From assembly GCA_002011035.2 (NCBI GenBank), contig MTLY02000003.1, positions 416,001 through 480,000 of the forward strand: a stretch of DNA of 64,000 bases, written 5' to 3'. Under the pieces are notes generated by a model. The model saw only the letters and a program-made list of their open reading frames with translations, ran no database searches and was not told the DNA's origin. The position numbers were made by a program, and so were the translations under genes. This DNA is from Candidatus Hecatella orcuttiae. GTDB taxonomy: Archaea; Thermoproteota; Bathyarchaeia; Hecatellales; Hecatellaceae. Positions 29,731-38,017 of this stretch are shown here, piece by piece (position 1 is the stretch's first letter; every line of letters begins with the position of its first letter).

Positions 29731-30198
29731 ATGGAAAACCTTCTAGGAAAACTCCGGAAACAGGAAGAGTTTGAAAGGGTTAACGCTGAATTCCTAAGCC
29801 AAACGGTGGCGAAGATGAAAAACATCGTGGTCAAACTGCTTTTACATGGAATAGCCTTAGACTCCTTGAAGCATTCTGACATCCTAAACGCCCTCATCGG
29901 CTTGTTTTCAGAGCCTACGGCTCTCTCCGATGATGAGAGGAACATGCTGGAGGAGAATCTTCAGAAGCACATCGAATTTGAGGAGAAAATGCTTAACGAA
30001 TACGCGGAAATCGTCGAGGAAACCGAAAACAAGGAGGTAAAGTTTCTGCTGGAGTACATTCTATCCGACGAAAAGAGACACCACCAGACAATAAAGGAGA
30101 TCATGGAGCAGATCGTAAACAGGGAAACCATCACAGAGGAAGATTGGTGGGAGATACTGTACAAGGACGCCGTATCCCACGGAGCTCCCTCAGGCTGA
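29731..30198 (+). CDS. Ferritin-like (rubrerythrin-fold) protein
   Basis: Duplicated helix pairs with DSLKH and EEKML...DEKRHH di-iron-type motifs. Confidence 0.75.
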   Translation: MENLLGKLRKQEEFERVNAEFLSQTVAKMKNIVVKLLLHGIALDSLKHSDILNALIGLFSEPTALSDDERNMLEENLQKHIEFEEKMLNEYAEIVEETENKEVKFLLEYILSDEKRHHQTIKEIMEQIVNRETITEEDWWEILYKDAVSHGAPSG

Positions 30199-30228
30199 CC
30201 TCAGCTTTCTGCCAGGCTGGGAGACCGG

Positions 30229-31203
30229 TTGCACCTAGACTTAGGTATCACTACAGGTAACCCCGTGGAAAGAGGAAGCTGGCTTTTCTCTCTAGCGGAA
30301 AAAAAGAAACTTCACGGAATCTGGATAGGGGAAGACATCGACAGGCTTAACGACATCTTCACCGTGACCAGCCTCCCGCTGCTGGAAACCACCACCCCCC
30401 TAGTGGGGATAGGAATCACGAGCCCCCTCATTCGAAACCTTTCCACCCTCGCCCGAGCCGCCCTTGCTCTCCATGAACTGTCTCCCCACAGGTTCAGACT
30501 CGGCTTGGGCATCGGAGGCCTTCGTGACTTGGAGAAAAAAGGCATCCCCCTCTCCAACCCAACCCAAATCTTACGGGAGGCAGTAAGCTTGCTGAGGAGG
30601 ATGTGGTCAAAGGAAAAGGTTACCTCTCGAGGGCTGTTTCCGCTCAACGGCTACGAAGTCGGAGGCCGTGCGGAGATTCCCATATTTTTCGGAGTTAGAG
30701 GGCCTCGGCTGCTGAAGCTGGCAGGCGAGCTGGCTGACGGTGTCATCCTCAGCGGCCCCAAGTCCTATGTTAAAACAGCCGTGAGCTTGGTTAAGGAGGG
30801 ACTGGAGAAAAGACCTCAGCTTCCCAAGGTCTTCACCATCGTAGTTTGGATGCCCACTCTGCTGATTTTGAGGGAGGAAGATCTAGCCTTGGCCAGAGAG
30901 ACTGTGGCTGTGGTTTCCGCCGACGTTCCGGAAAAAGTTTTGGAGATGTCGGAGATAGACCGGGAGCTGGTGAAAACTGTGCGGAAAGCCGTCTTGAAAG
31001 ATGGCGTTCAACAAGCCGCCGGGCTGGTGACCGAGGAACTTTTAAAAGAATTCTCCGTCTCCGGAAGCGCCAGCGAAGTCTGCGGGGAACTTCGCTCCTT
31101 TAGGGAAAACGGTGTGGACGAGGTTGTCTTCGGGCCTCCCTATGGAAGAGACTGGAAAGCCTCCGTCACAGCCCTTGTGGATGCTTGGGGGAGCCTTCTG
31201 TGA
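30229..31203 (+). CDS. LLM-class (luciferase-like / Mer-related) oxidoreductase
   Basis: GITSPLIR, RFRLGLGIG, IFFGVRGPRLLKLAGELADGVIL, GVDEVVFGPPYG. Confidence 0.8.
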   Translation: MHLDLGITTGNPVERGSWLFSLAEKKKLHGIWIGEDIDRLNDIFTVTSLPLLETTTPLVGIGITSPLIRNLSTLARAALALHELSPHRFRLGLGIGGLRDLEKKGIPLSNPTQILREAVSLLRRMWSKEKVTSRGLFPLNGYEVGGRAEIPIFFGVRGPRLLKLAGELADGVILSGPKSYVKTAVSLVKEGLEKRPQLPKVFTIVVWMPTLLILREEDLALARETVAVVSADVPEKVLEMSEIDRELVKTVRKAVLKDGVQQAAGLVTEELLKEFSVSGSASEVCGELRSFRENGVDEVVFGPPYGRDWKASVTALVDAWGSLL

Positions 31204-32117
31204 AGTACTGCCTTAACATCAACGCCAACATCCCCCTCAGCGAAGTTGTGAAGAAAGCCAAGGAAGCGGAGCGTTTGGGCTTCGAATGCCTCTGGATATG
31301 CGACGGTGTCACCCAGCGTTTCGGGCCTGTGGCAGCCTCGGCTGTAGCCTTCCACACAGGCAGCGTAACCGTCGGCTTGGGGCTCACGCCCTTCATTCAT
31401 TCTCCCCGCCAAATAGCCGCCGCTCTTCTCACCCTGATCCGACGTTACGGAGAACGCTTTGAACTCAGCTTGATTCCTGGGGACAAAAAGCTTCTCAGCC
31501 AGGTGGGCGTTCAATTGGCGGGGGTGAAGGCGGTTCCCCAGCGTATCTTGGAGGCTAAGGCTGAGGTGGAAAAGATCCTCCGCGAAAAGAAAGTTCACTG
31601 TTCAATTTGGGTTGGAGCTCAAGGTCCAAAGATGTTGAAGGCAGCCGCCTTGTTCGACGGAGTTCAGCTGAACTTCGCCTCCCCACGGATGATAAGATGG
31701 GGTCTTGAACAGCTCAGAGAAGCGGGAATGAGAAAGGAGTTTAAAGTGGGGGTTTTCGCCCCCGCCTACGTTTTCGAAGACTTTGAAGAAAAACTCTACA
31801 AGCGCATGGAGAAAGCTGCCTCCTTAGTCGCCTTAGGGGCCTCCAAGGCTCTCATGGAGAGGTTTGGGTTTTACGAGAGAATGCGGCTGCTGCAGGCTCA
31901 AAACCAAGGCCCAGAGGCCCTCAACGTTCCCTCCGATATACTGGAAGAGTTCTCCATATCCATGCCTTCCCAGCGGCTCGGTGACTACATCGCCCAGCTC
32001 GCCATGTTAGGCGTTAAGTATGTGGTCTTCGCTCACCCTCAAGACTATTCGCTGAAAACCATCCGGGAGCTGGCGGAGGCTATCCAAAAGCTCACTGGCA
32101 GTCGGCAGGTTAAATAG
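31200..32117 (+). CDS. LLM-class oxidoreductase, second paralogue
   Basis: AKEAERLGFECLWICD, LIPGD, WVGAQGPKMLK, VVFAHP; GTG start overlaps the previous TGA. Confidence 0.75.
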   Translation: MKYCLNINANIPLSEVVKKAKEAERLGFECLWICDGVTQRFGPVAASAVAFHTGSVTVGLGLTPFIHSPRQIAAALLTLIRRYGERFELSLIPGDKKLLSQVGVQLAGVKAVPQRILEAKAEVEKILREKKVHCSIWVGAQGPKMLKAAALFDGVQLNFASPRMIRWGLEQLREAGMRKEFKVGVFAPAYVFEDFEEKLYKRMEKAASLVALGASKALMERFGFYERMRLLQAQNQGPEALNVPSDILEEFSISMPSQRLGDYIAQLAMLGVKYVVFAHPQDYSLKTIRELAEAIQKLTGSRQVK

Positions 32118-32154
32118 CTGAGAACCTCTAAAAAACTAGGAGGGAAGTTTTGCT

Positions 32155-32688
32155 GTGAAGATTGCTTGGGGCATAAGCGGGTCCGGAGATTTTCTCCAAG
32201 AAACTATATCGGTCATAAGGGAGCTGGTGAAGAGGAAAGATTTGAAAGTAACCGTCTTCCTGTCCAAGGCAGCTGTCAACGTGGTAAAATGGTACGGCCT
32301 ATGGGATGCTTTGCGGGGAATTTCTCCGAATCCCCTCCTTGAAGAAGGACCCAACCAGCCTTTCATCGCAGGAGCTCTTCAGAAAGGAAAATACAAACTC
32401 CTCCTAATCGCTCCGGCCACCGCTAATACTGTGGCCAAAGTAGCCCACGGAATCGCTGACTCTCTGGTGACCAACGCTGTTTCCCAAGCTTTAAAGGGGT
32501 GTATACCTGTGTTCATTCTGCCTGTAGACCAGAAAGCCGGCACAACTGTCACCGTTCTACCTACTGGAGAGAAACTTGAAATAACCGTTCGAGAAGTGGA
32601 TGCGGAGAACGTGGAGAAACTCCGATGTATGAAAGGCCTGACGGTGCTGCGAAGACCTGAAGAGCTCTTAGAGCTGATTGAAAAATAA
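32155..32688 (+). CDS. afpA: Archaeal flavoprotein AfpA-like
   Basis: KIAWGISGSG, LQKGKY, APATANTVAKVAHGIADSLVTNA, ILPVDQ. Confidence 0.82.
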   Translation: MKIAWGISGSGDFLQETISVIRELVKRKDLKVTVFLSKAAVNVVKWYGLWDALRGISPNPLLEEGPNQPFIAGALQKGKYKLLLIAPATANTVAKVAHGIADSLVTNAVSQALKGCIPVFILPVDQKAGTTVTVLPTGEKLEITVREVDAENVEKLRCMKGLTVLRRPEELLELIEK

Positions 32689-32875
32689 GCAGCTGACCGC
32701 GAATCATGAACGCTAAAAGAGGCGTTTTTCCGGAAGTCGCAAACCAAAGCAGCCTTTGGGAGACGGTGATTCGCAGTTTTCCATAAACATATTGTGGGCG
32801 TGATGTAGGTGAGAATTAAATATGGGTGGGAGTATAAATATGCCGCCCTTTTTAAAATAATTTGGGAGTTCGGCT

Positions 32876-33637
32876 ATGAGCGAAGCGGCGTACAGTAAAA
32901 CTGTTCAGCCTAAAGTCACCGTCATATTTACCGCTAGGAACGAGGAAGCTACCATCGGAAAATGTGTTGAGGCTGTTAAGAAAAGCAAGTACAAGCCAGC
33001 CGTCTTGGTGGTGGACGGTTACTCCACTGACAATACTATCCAAGCTGCGAAAAAAGCCGGAGCTAAAGTCGTGCTCCAGGAAAGGCGGGTTTACCCCGGT
33101 AAAGGGGTTGCTATGAAGACAGGGATCAAGACCGCTCTCAAAGACGGCGCTGACATCATTGTGTTCTTGGACGCGGACATTGAAAACTTGGACAGCAGCT
33201 GGCTTGATAAGCTGGTTGATACTCTTCTCGTTGAAAGATACGACATGGTCAGAGGCGCCTACTTCCGAGCTCTGAGGGATGCCCCCGTGACCAAGCTCGT
33301 GGCTAAGAGGCTTATACATATTTTCTTCCCTGAGCTGGAGCACTACGAGCAGCCTCTGACAGGCGAGGTTGCAGCGAAGGCGGAAGTTTGGAGAAAAGTG
33401 CTGGAGCAAGACCTTCCAGACGGATGGGGCATTGACATAGCCATCTTGTTGGAATGCGCCATGCACGGCTTCAGCATCCGGGAGGTTCACTTAGGCTTCA
33501 AAGAACACCGATCCTATCGCCAATACTGCGAAGACGTATCCAAGCTTGGGAAGATGAGCGAACAGGTTGCTGTGACCATTCTGCTGGCTGCCAGAAAATA
33601 CAACAGAATCGACAACCTAGATGAAATTCACCCGTAG
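32876..33637 (+). CDS. GT-A glycosyltransferase (GpgS/Mgs-like)
   Basis: ARNEE, VVDGYSTD, GKG, FLDADI, VTKLVAK, QPLTGE, WGIDI. Confidence 0.7.
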   Translation: MSEAAYSKTVQPKVTVIFTARNEEATIGKCVEAVKKSKYKPAVLVVDGYSTDNTIQAAKKAGAKVVLQERRVYPGKGVAMKTGIKTALKDGADIIVFLDADIENLDSSWLDKLVDTLLVERYDMVRGAYFRALRDAPVTKLVAKRLIHIFFPELEHYEQPLTGEVAAKAEVWRKVLEQDLPDGWGIDIAILLECAMHGFSIREVHLGFKEHRSYRQYCEDVSKLGKMSEQVAVTILLAARKYNRIDNLDEIHP

Positions 33638-33710
33638 GATAAAAGGACGTATCCCTGCATAAACCGTCCTAGGGAACAAATATCTTTTGAAGGTTAAAAT
33701 CTAAAAAAAT

Positions 33711-34982
33711 CTAATCTTTCACCTTTTCAAACTCGTCGAGACGGCAAAGCGCCTCTTCCACGCTGGAAACAGTTGTGGCTCCCCCGTTCTTCAGCTCCCT
33801 CCAGAGTTCCTCCGCCTTCCCACCCGTGAAGTCTCTTTCCTTGATGGGTGTGTCCTCAATCATTATTATGAGCTTCCCATGTTCCAGAGCCCATTTCACC
33901 GCTTCTAGATTTTTCATATTGGCGTAGCCGAAGGGGACATCGGTTAAGACGACGACGTCAGCCTTCTCCACCATCTCTAAATTAGCCGCTTGGGCCTTCT
34001 CGGTTATGGGGGAAAAGGGCGCCTCTCCCACCACTGGAACTTTCAACATGTCAGCTACTTCATGGTCGCTGTCCAAAAGGTTGAGGACGCCTGCGGTGAC
34101 GTTAAACCTGTGGTCCACTAGGGAGTTGAGTAGCGAAACCCCGGAGCCGCCTCCGCAGATGACGTGAACCTTCAACCTTCTAGGCTGTTTAGCTTCAGGT
34201 CTGGAGGTGGAAACAGGCATCACGTAAATGGAGCCTGTTACAGGGTGAGTTTGAACGAGGACGTTGACTCCGTAGACTTTCTTGATGTTCTCACCGGTTA
34301 ACACGTCTTTCATGGAGCCTATGGAGAAAATTTTTCCATCCTTCAGCAAGACGACTGAGTCGCAGTATTTGGCTGCGAGGTTGAAGTCGTGGAACACCGC
34401 CAAGACCACCAGTTTCCTCTGCTGGGAAAGTCTCCTTAACAGATCCATTATCTCTATCTGATGGCAGATGTCCAAGTGGGTTGTAGGCTCGTCGAGGAGG
34501 AGGATTTTAGGCTCCTGAGCCAGAGCCCGCGCTATGATGACCCGCTGCTTTTCCCCGCCGCTTAGCTGGCTGAGAAGTTTATCAGCCAAATGCCATGTGC
34601 TCGTCAACTCCATGGCTTCTCTGGCCACGGCTAGGTCTTGTTCATCCTCAAATTTGAAACGGCTGAGATGGGGATTCCGCCCCATCAAGACTGCTTCCAA
34701 GGCGGTGAAGTCAAAGGCTAGGCTGGTGTCCTGGGGAACCACTGCCATGGTTCTCGCCACTTCCACGTTTTTCAGAGAGTAGACGTCCACCTCGTCCAGG
34801 AAGATGGTTCCAATACGAGGCTTCAGTGTTTTACTGATGGCTCTGAGAAGGGTTGTTTTACCTGAACCGTTGGGGCCTAGGATGCCTACGAAGTCGCCGC
34901 CCTTCACCGAAAAGGTTACGTCCTCGAGGATTTTAACGGAGCCGTAATGGCATGTGACTCCGCTGATATTCAGTGTGACCAT
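33711..34982 (-). CDS. btuD: Cobalamin/iron-chelate ABC transporter ATPase with C-terminal extra domain
   Basis: GPNGSGKT, LSGGEKQR, LLDEPT; C-terminal VHVICGGGSG domain; last gene of btu operon. Confidence 0.8.
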   Translation of the reverse strand: MVTLNISGVTCHYGSVKILEDVTFSVKGGDFVGILGPNGSGKTTLLRAISKTLKPRIGTIFLDEVDVYSLKNVEVARTMAVVPQDTSLAFDFTALEAVLMGRNPHLSRFKFEDEQDLAVAREAMELTSTWHLADKLLSQLSGGEKQRVIIARALAQEPKILLLDEPTTHLDICHQIEIMDLLRRLSQQRKLVVLAVFHDFNLAAKYCDSVVLLKDGKIFSIGSMKDVLTGENIKKVYGVNVLVQTHPVTGSIYVMPVSTSRPEAKQPRRLKVHVICGGGSGVSLLNSLVDHRFNVTAGVLNLLDSDHEVADMLKVPVVGEAPFSPITEKAQAANLEMVEKADVVVLTDVPFGYANMKNLEAVKWALEHGKLIIMIEDTPIKERDFTGGKAEELWRELKNGGATTVSSVEEALCRLDEFEKVKD

Positions 34983-34986
34983 GCTT

Positions 34987-36081
34987 TCAGCCTCCATGCC
35001 AGCCGACGACGGTTTTCCTTTTACGGAGGAGGTACAGAAAGAAAGGGCCTCCGAAGAGGGCTGTGATCACGCCCACAGGCAGCTCTGTGGGCTGAATCAC
35101 TGTCCTAGCCGCCGTGTCGGATAGGATTAAGACTATCATGCCGGTGAGTGCTGAGGCGGGTATCAGGAAGCGGTGGTCGGCGCCTACGAGGATCCGGGTT
35201 ATGTGAGGAATGATCAGGCCGACGAAGCCTATGATGCCGCTGAAGGAAACCGCTGTAGCTGTTATCAGGGAGGCGAAAACCAGCATGATTTTCTTCAACT
35301 TTTCCGCTTCCACCCCCAACTGCTGAGCCTGCTCTTCTCCAAGCAGCATGATGTTGAGGTCTCGGGCGAAGATGTAGATTATTAGGATGCCGAAAACAAT
35401 AGGAGGGAAAGCGATCTTCAGATGGTTCCAGTTGGTGGTGGAAAACCCTCCTAGAAGCCAGAAGATCAGGGCGTGAAGAGATTCCCCCGCAGTAATCATG
35501 ACAAAAGAAATAATAGCCGAAAGGAAGCTGCTGACCGCTATCCCCGCCAGCAATAGAGTCAGCATGGGAATCCTCGTCCCGGTCTTGGCAATGTTGTAGA
35601 CGGCGAACACCGTAACAAGAGCCCCGAGAAAAGCTGTGATGGGCACAGCGTACAGAACCCCTAAAACCGTGGTTCCCATGCCGAAGCCTATAGCTAAAGC
35701 AGCGCCCAAACCAGCTCCGGAAGAGATACCTATCACGAAGGGGTCGGCCATGGGGTTGCGGAGCAAACCCTGCAAGACTACCCCTGCTACAGCCAGCGCC
35801 GCCCCCACTAGACCCGCCCCCAACACTCTCGGGAGTCGAGCGTGGAGGACGATGATCCTCTCCACGTCGGAGGGAGGACTCCCTTTAACCAGTCCTCCCA
35901 AGTAGGGTAGCTCCCGGACGATGACTTGGAAAACGTGGGAAAAGGGGATTTTAACAGGTCCTATGGCTGTGGAGAAGATAATGGTCCCTAAGACCGCTAA
36001 AAAAAGGAGGACAGTGGAGATCTTCCACCAAGCAAACCGTTTAAGATAGTCTCGGCCTTCTTTCAACGCTTTTTCAACCAA
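34987..36081 (-). CDS. btuC: Cobalamin/FecCD-family ABC permease
   Basis: RLPRV, RNPMADP, LGEEQAQQLGV, GFVGLIIPH, ELPVG, GGPFFLYLL. Confidence 0.88.
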   Translation of the reverse strand: MVEKALKEGRDYLKRFAWWKISTVLLFLAVLGTIIFSTAIGPVKIPFSHVFQVIVRELPYLGGLVKGSPPSDVERIIVLHARLPRVLGAGLVGAALAVAGVVLQGLLRNPMADPFVIGISSGAGLGAALAIGFGMGTTVLGVLYAVPITAFLGALVTVFAVYNIAKTGTRIPMLTLLLAGIAVSSFLSAIISFVMITAGESLHALIFWLLGGFSTTNWNHLKIAFPPIVFGILIIYIFARDLNIMLLGEEQAQQLGVEAEKLKKIMLVFASLITATAVSFSGIIGFVGLIIPHITRILVGADHRFLIPASALTGMIVLILSDTAARTVIQPTELPVGVITALFGGPFFLYLLRKRKTVVGWHGG

Positions 36082-36141
36082 GACATCTGATGGCAGTGGG
36101 AAGCCCGGCGAAGGCTTGGAAGGCTGCCCTGAACATGTCTT

Positions 36142-36963
36142 TTACATCTTCCCCTCCATTTGGCTTTGTCTCCGCTTCAGAATCTTCAATACTTCTTGAG
36201 CTTTTTTCGGATCATAGGCGAGAAGGGTGCCCTGCGCATAGCGGGATGCCAGAAGAGCGGCCTTGGTAAGGGCTCCTGTCTCCGCTTCTTTGGCGTAGAG
36301 CCCTATGTAGAAAGGTTTCTTCAGCTTCCTCTTGAAGGCGTTGGCTAGAATTTCAACCCAGTAGAGGGTCAGATAAGTTCGGTCGTAGATGGGGACGACG
36401 AAGAAGCTGACATGGCTGGAGAGAAAGTCTAAGTCTAAACCGAACCTTTCAGGATGGAAGGGGTCTGGATAGAGGGTTACTGAGAACTCTTTGTCTGTTA
36501 GATCAGAAGCCTGCGCGACGAATTCGTTTACCACGTGCTGCCGCCATCGAACCCAGTTAAGCCCGCTCTCTCTCCATTTTCTTTTGCACTCTTCGCAGAC
36601 GCAGTATTCTTCTCCCGGAAAACCCAAGCAGTCGAGGTGGATGCCCTCTACCTCTTCGCTGGAAGTTTGCGCGATCAGCTTCAAAAGATAGGAGCGATAT
36701 TTCTCCCTACTCGGGCATATCCAGTCGCAGTAAAACCAGCCTTGCCCCTCTTTCCTTGTAGCCTTCCTTTCCTTGGAGAGGCATATCCATTCAGCGTTTT
36801 CCCGGGCCGTTTTATTGTCGCCGAAGCAGCTTATGACGTTATGCGAACGGGGAACAGGCTTGCTGACTCTGCCAGTCACGTTTTTAACATAATGGAAGTA
36901 GATGTCTCCTCCGTCAGGCCAAGCCGGCTCATCCAGCACTATTCCGATCTTTTTGCCTTCCAA
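36142..36963 (-). CDS. Uncharacterised Cys-rich protein with glycoside-hydrolase-like TIM-barrel features
   Basis: WICPS..KYR..L, GIHLDCLGFP, YCVCEEC, FGLD, VPIYD; TTG start at 36963 after AAGGAG. Confidence 0.6.
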   Translation of the reverse strand: MEGKKIGIVLDEPAWPDGGDIYFHYVKNVTGRVSKPVPRSHNVISCFGDNKTARENAEWICLSKERKATRKEGQGWFYCDWICPSREKYRSYLLKLIAQTSSEEVEGIHLDCLGFPGEEYCVCEECKRKWRESGLNWVRWRQHVVNEFVAQASDLTDKEFSVTLYPDPFHPERFGLDLDFLSSHVSFFVVPIYDRTYLTLYWVEILANAFKRKLKKPFYIGLYAKEAETGALTKAALLASRYAQGTLLAYDPKKAQEVLKILKRRQSQMEGKM

Positions 36964-36991
36964 TTTCAACTCCTTCTGGCCACTTAGACGC

Positions 36992-37939
36992 TTACTGCTC
37001 AAACAATTCGGGGTGAATGGCTTTAGCCAAGGCTTCCAGCCCATTCACGATCCTTGGGCCCGGCCTGCTGAGAAGGTCGGGGTGAATCTGATATATCCTG
37101 TCGTTTTTCACAGCTTCTATTTCACTCCACCCGGGTCTGGCTTTAAGCTCCTCAGGCGACACCCCCGGCATGGGAGCGTCTGGAGGCGTGATGATGATCA
37201 CGTCGGGATTTCTGCTCAGCACTGTTTCCAAGCTGACTTCCGGATACTTGGTCGCGGCGTCTTCGAAGATGTTAACTCCTCCCGCCAGTTCGATGAGGCT
37301 GTGGGCGAAGGAGCCGGGCCCGGCGCTCATCAGAGGGTCATGCCAAACCTCATAGTAAACCTTCGGCCTCTCTTCTCTGGGTATAGCCTCTGTCTTCTCG
37401 GTTATGGCTGCGATCCTCTGCCTCAGCTCTTCCACAAGCTTCTCAGCAGCCTCCTCTCTCCCCGTGGCTTCTCCAACCAAAATTATGTCGTTCAGTATGT
37501 CTTCCATATCCTGCGGCGACAAGGCTATGACCGTTATGCCCAACTCCTCCAGCCGTTCTACAAATTTCTCCTGAACTCCCCCTGTAGCCAGCACCAAGTC
37601 CGGCTCTAAGCCTACCACAACTTCGATGTTGATGTTGGCGAAGCCTCCTACCTTTGGCTCTATGTCCGCTGCCTCCGGAGGATAGTCAGAGTAGGTGTCC
37701 ACTCCTACTACTTTATCCCCTAAACCTAGAGCGAAGAGTATCTCCGTGGTGCTCGGCGCCAAGGAGACTATCCTCTCCGGGGGGTAACTGGTCAATGTGA
37801 CTGTTCTCCCAAGGTCGTCGGTGACCGTGACGGGGCCGGAAGGCTGGATGGGCGTGGCATACTGCCAAAAAGCCGCTGCGACGCCTCCCACGATGACGGC
37901 TATGATCACGCCTATGAATAGGATTTTTAGGGAAGTCAT
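36992..37939 (-). CDS. btuF: Cobalamin-binding substrate-binding protein
   Basis: TM anchor, TDDLGR, PERIVSLAPSTTEILFALG, DYPPEA, SRPGPR. Confidence 0.88.
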   Translation of the reverse strand: MTSLKILFIGVIIAVIVGGVAAAFWQYATPIQPSGPVTVTDDLGRTVTLTSYPPERIVSLAPSTTEILFALGLGDKVVGVDTYSDYPPEAADIEPKVGGFANINIEVVVGLEPDLVLATGGVQEKFVERLEELGITVIALSPQDMEDILNDIILVGEATGREEAAEKLVEELRQRIAAITEKTEAIPREERPKVYYEVWHDPLMSAGPGSFAHSLIELAGGVNIFEDAATKYPEVSLETVLSRNPDVIIITPPDAPMPGVSPEELKARPGWSEIEAVKNDRIYQIHPDLLSRPGPRIVNGLEALAKAIHPELFEQ

Positions 37940-37953
37940 GGTTGAATCACTGG

Positions 37954-37970
37954 TTGGATAATCTATCCAA
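37954..37970. promoter_or_regulatory. Perfect palindromic operator TTGGATA-atc-TATCCAA in the divergent btu/cob promoter
   Basis: 7-bp perfect inverted repeat with 3-bp spacer between btuF and cobD, next to TATA-like TTTATAAA and TAAATATA. Confidence 0.75.
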
Positions 37971-38017
37971 GACTTTATAAACCTAAATATATAAAATTTT
38001 TCTGGAAGGTAGTATCA

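Noticed and set aside
32699-32775. tRNA gene (7-8 bp acceptor-like stem, 77 nt)
   Set aside because: No T-loop GTTCRA, D-loop GG or properly placed anticodon arm on either strand; kept only as a structured element.
33637-33654. GGATA...TATCC as a second B12-type operator
   Set aside because: Spacer is 8 rather than 3 nt, arms are shorter, and it lies between convergent gene ends.
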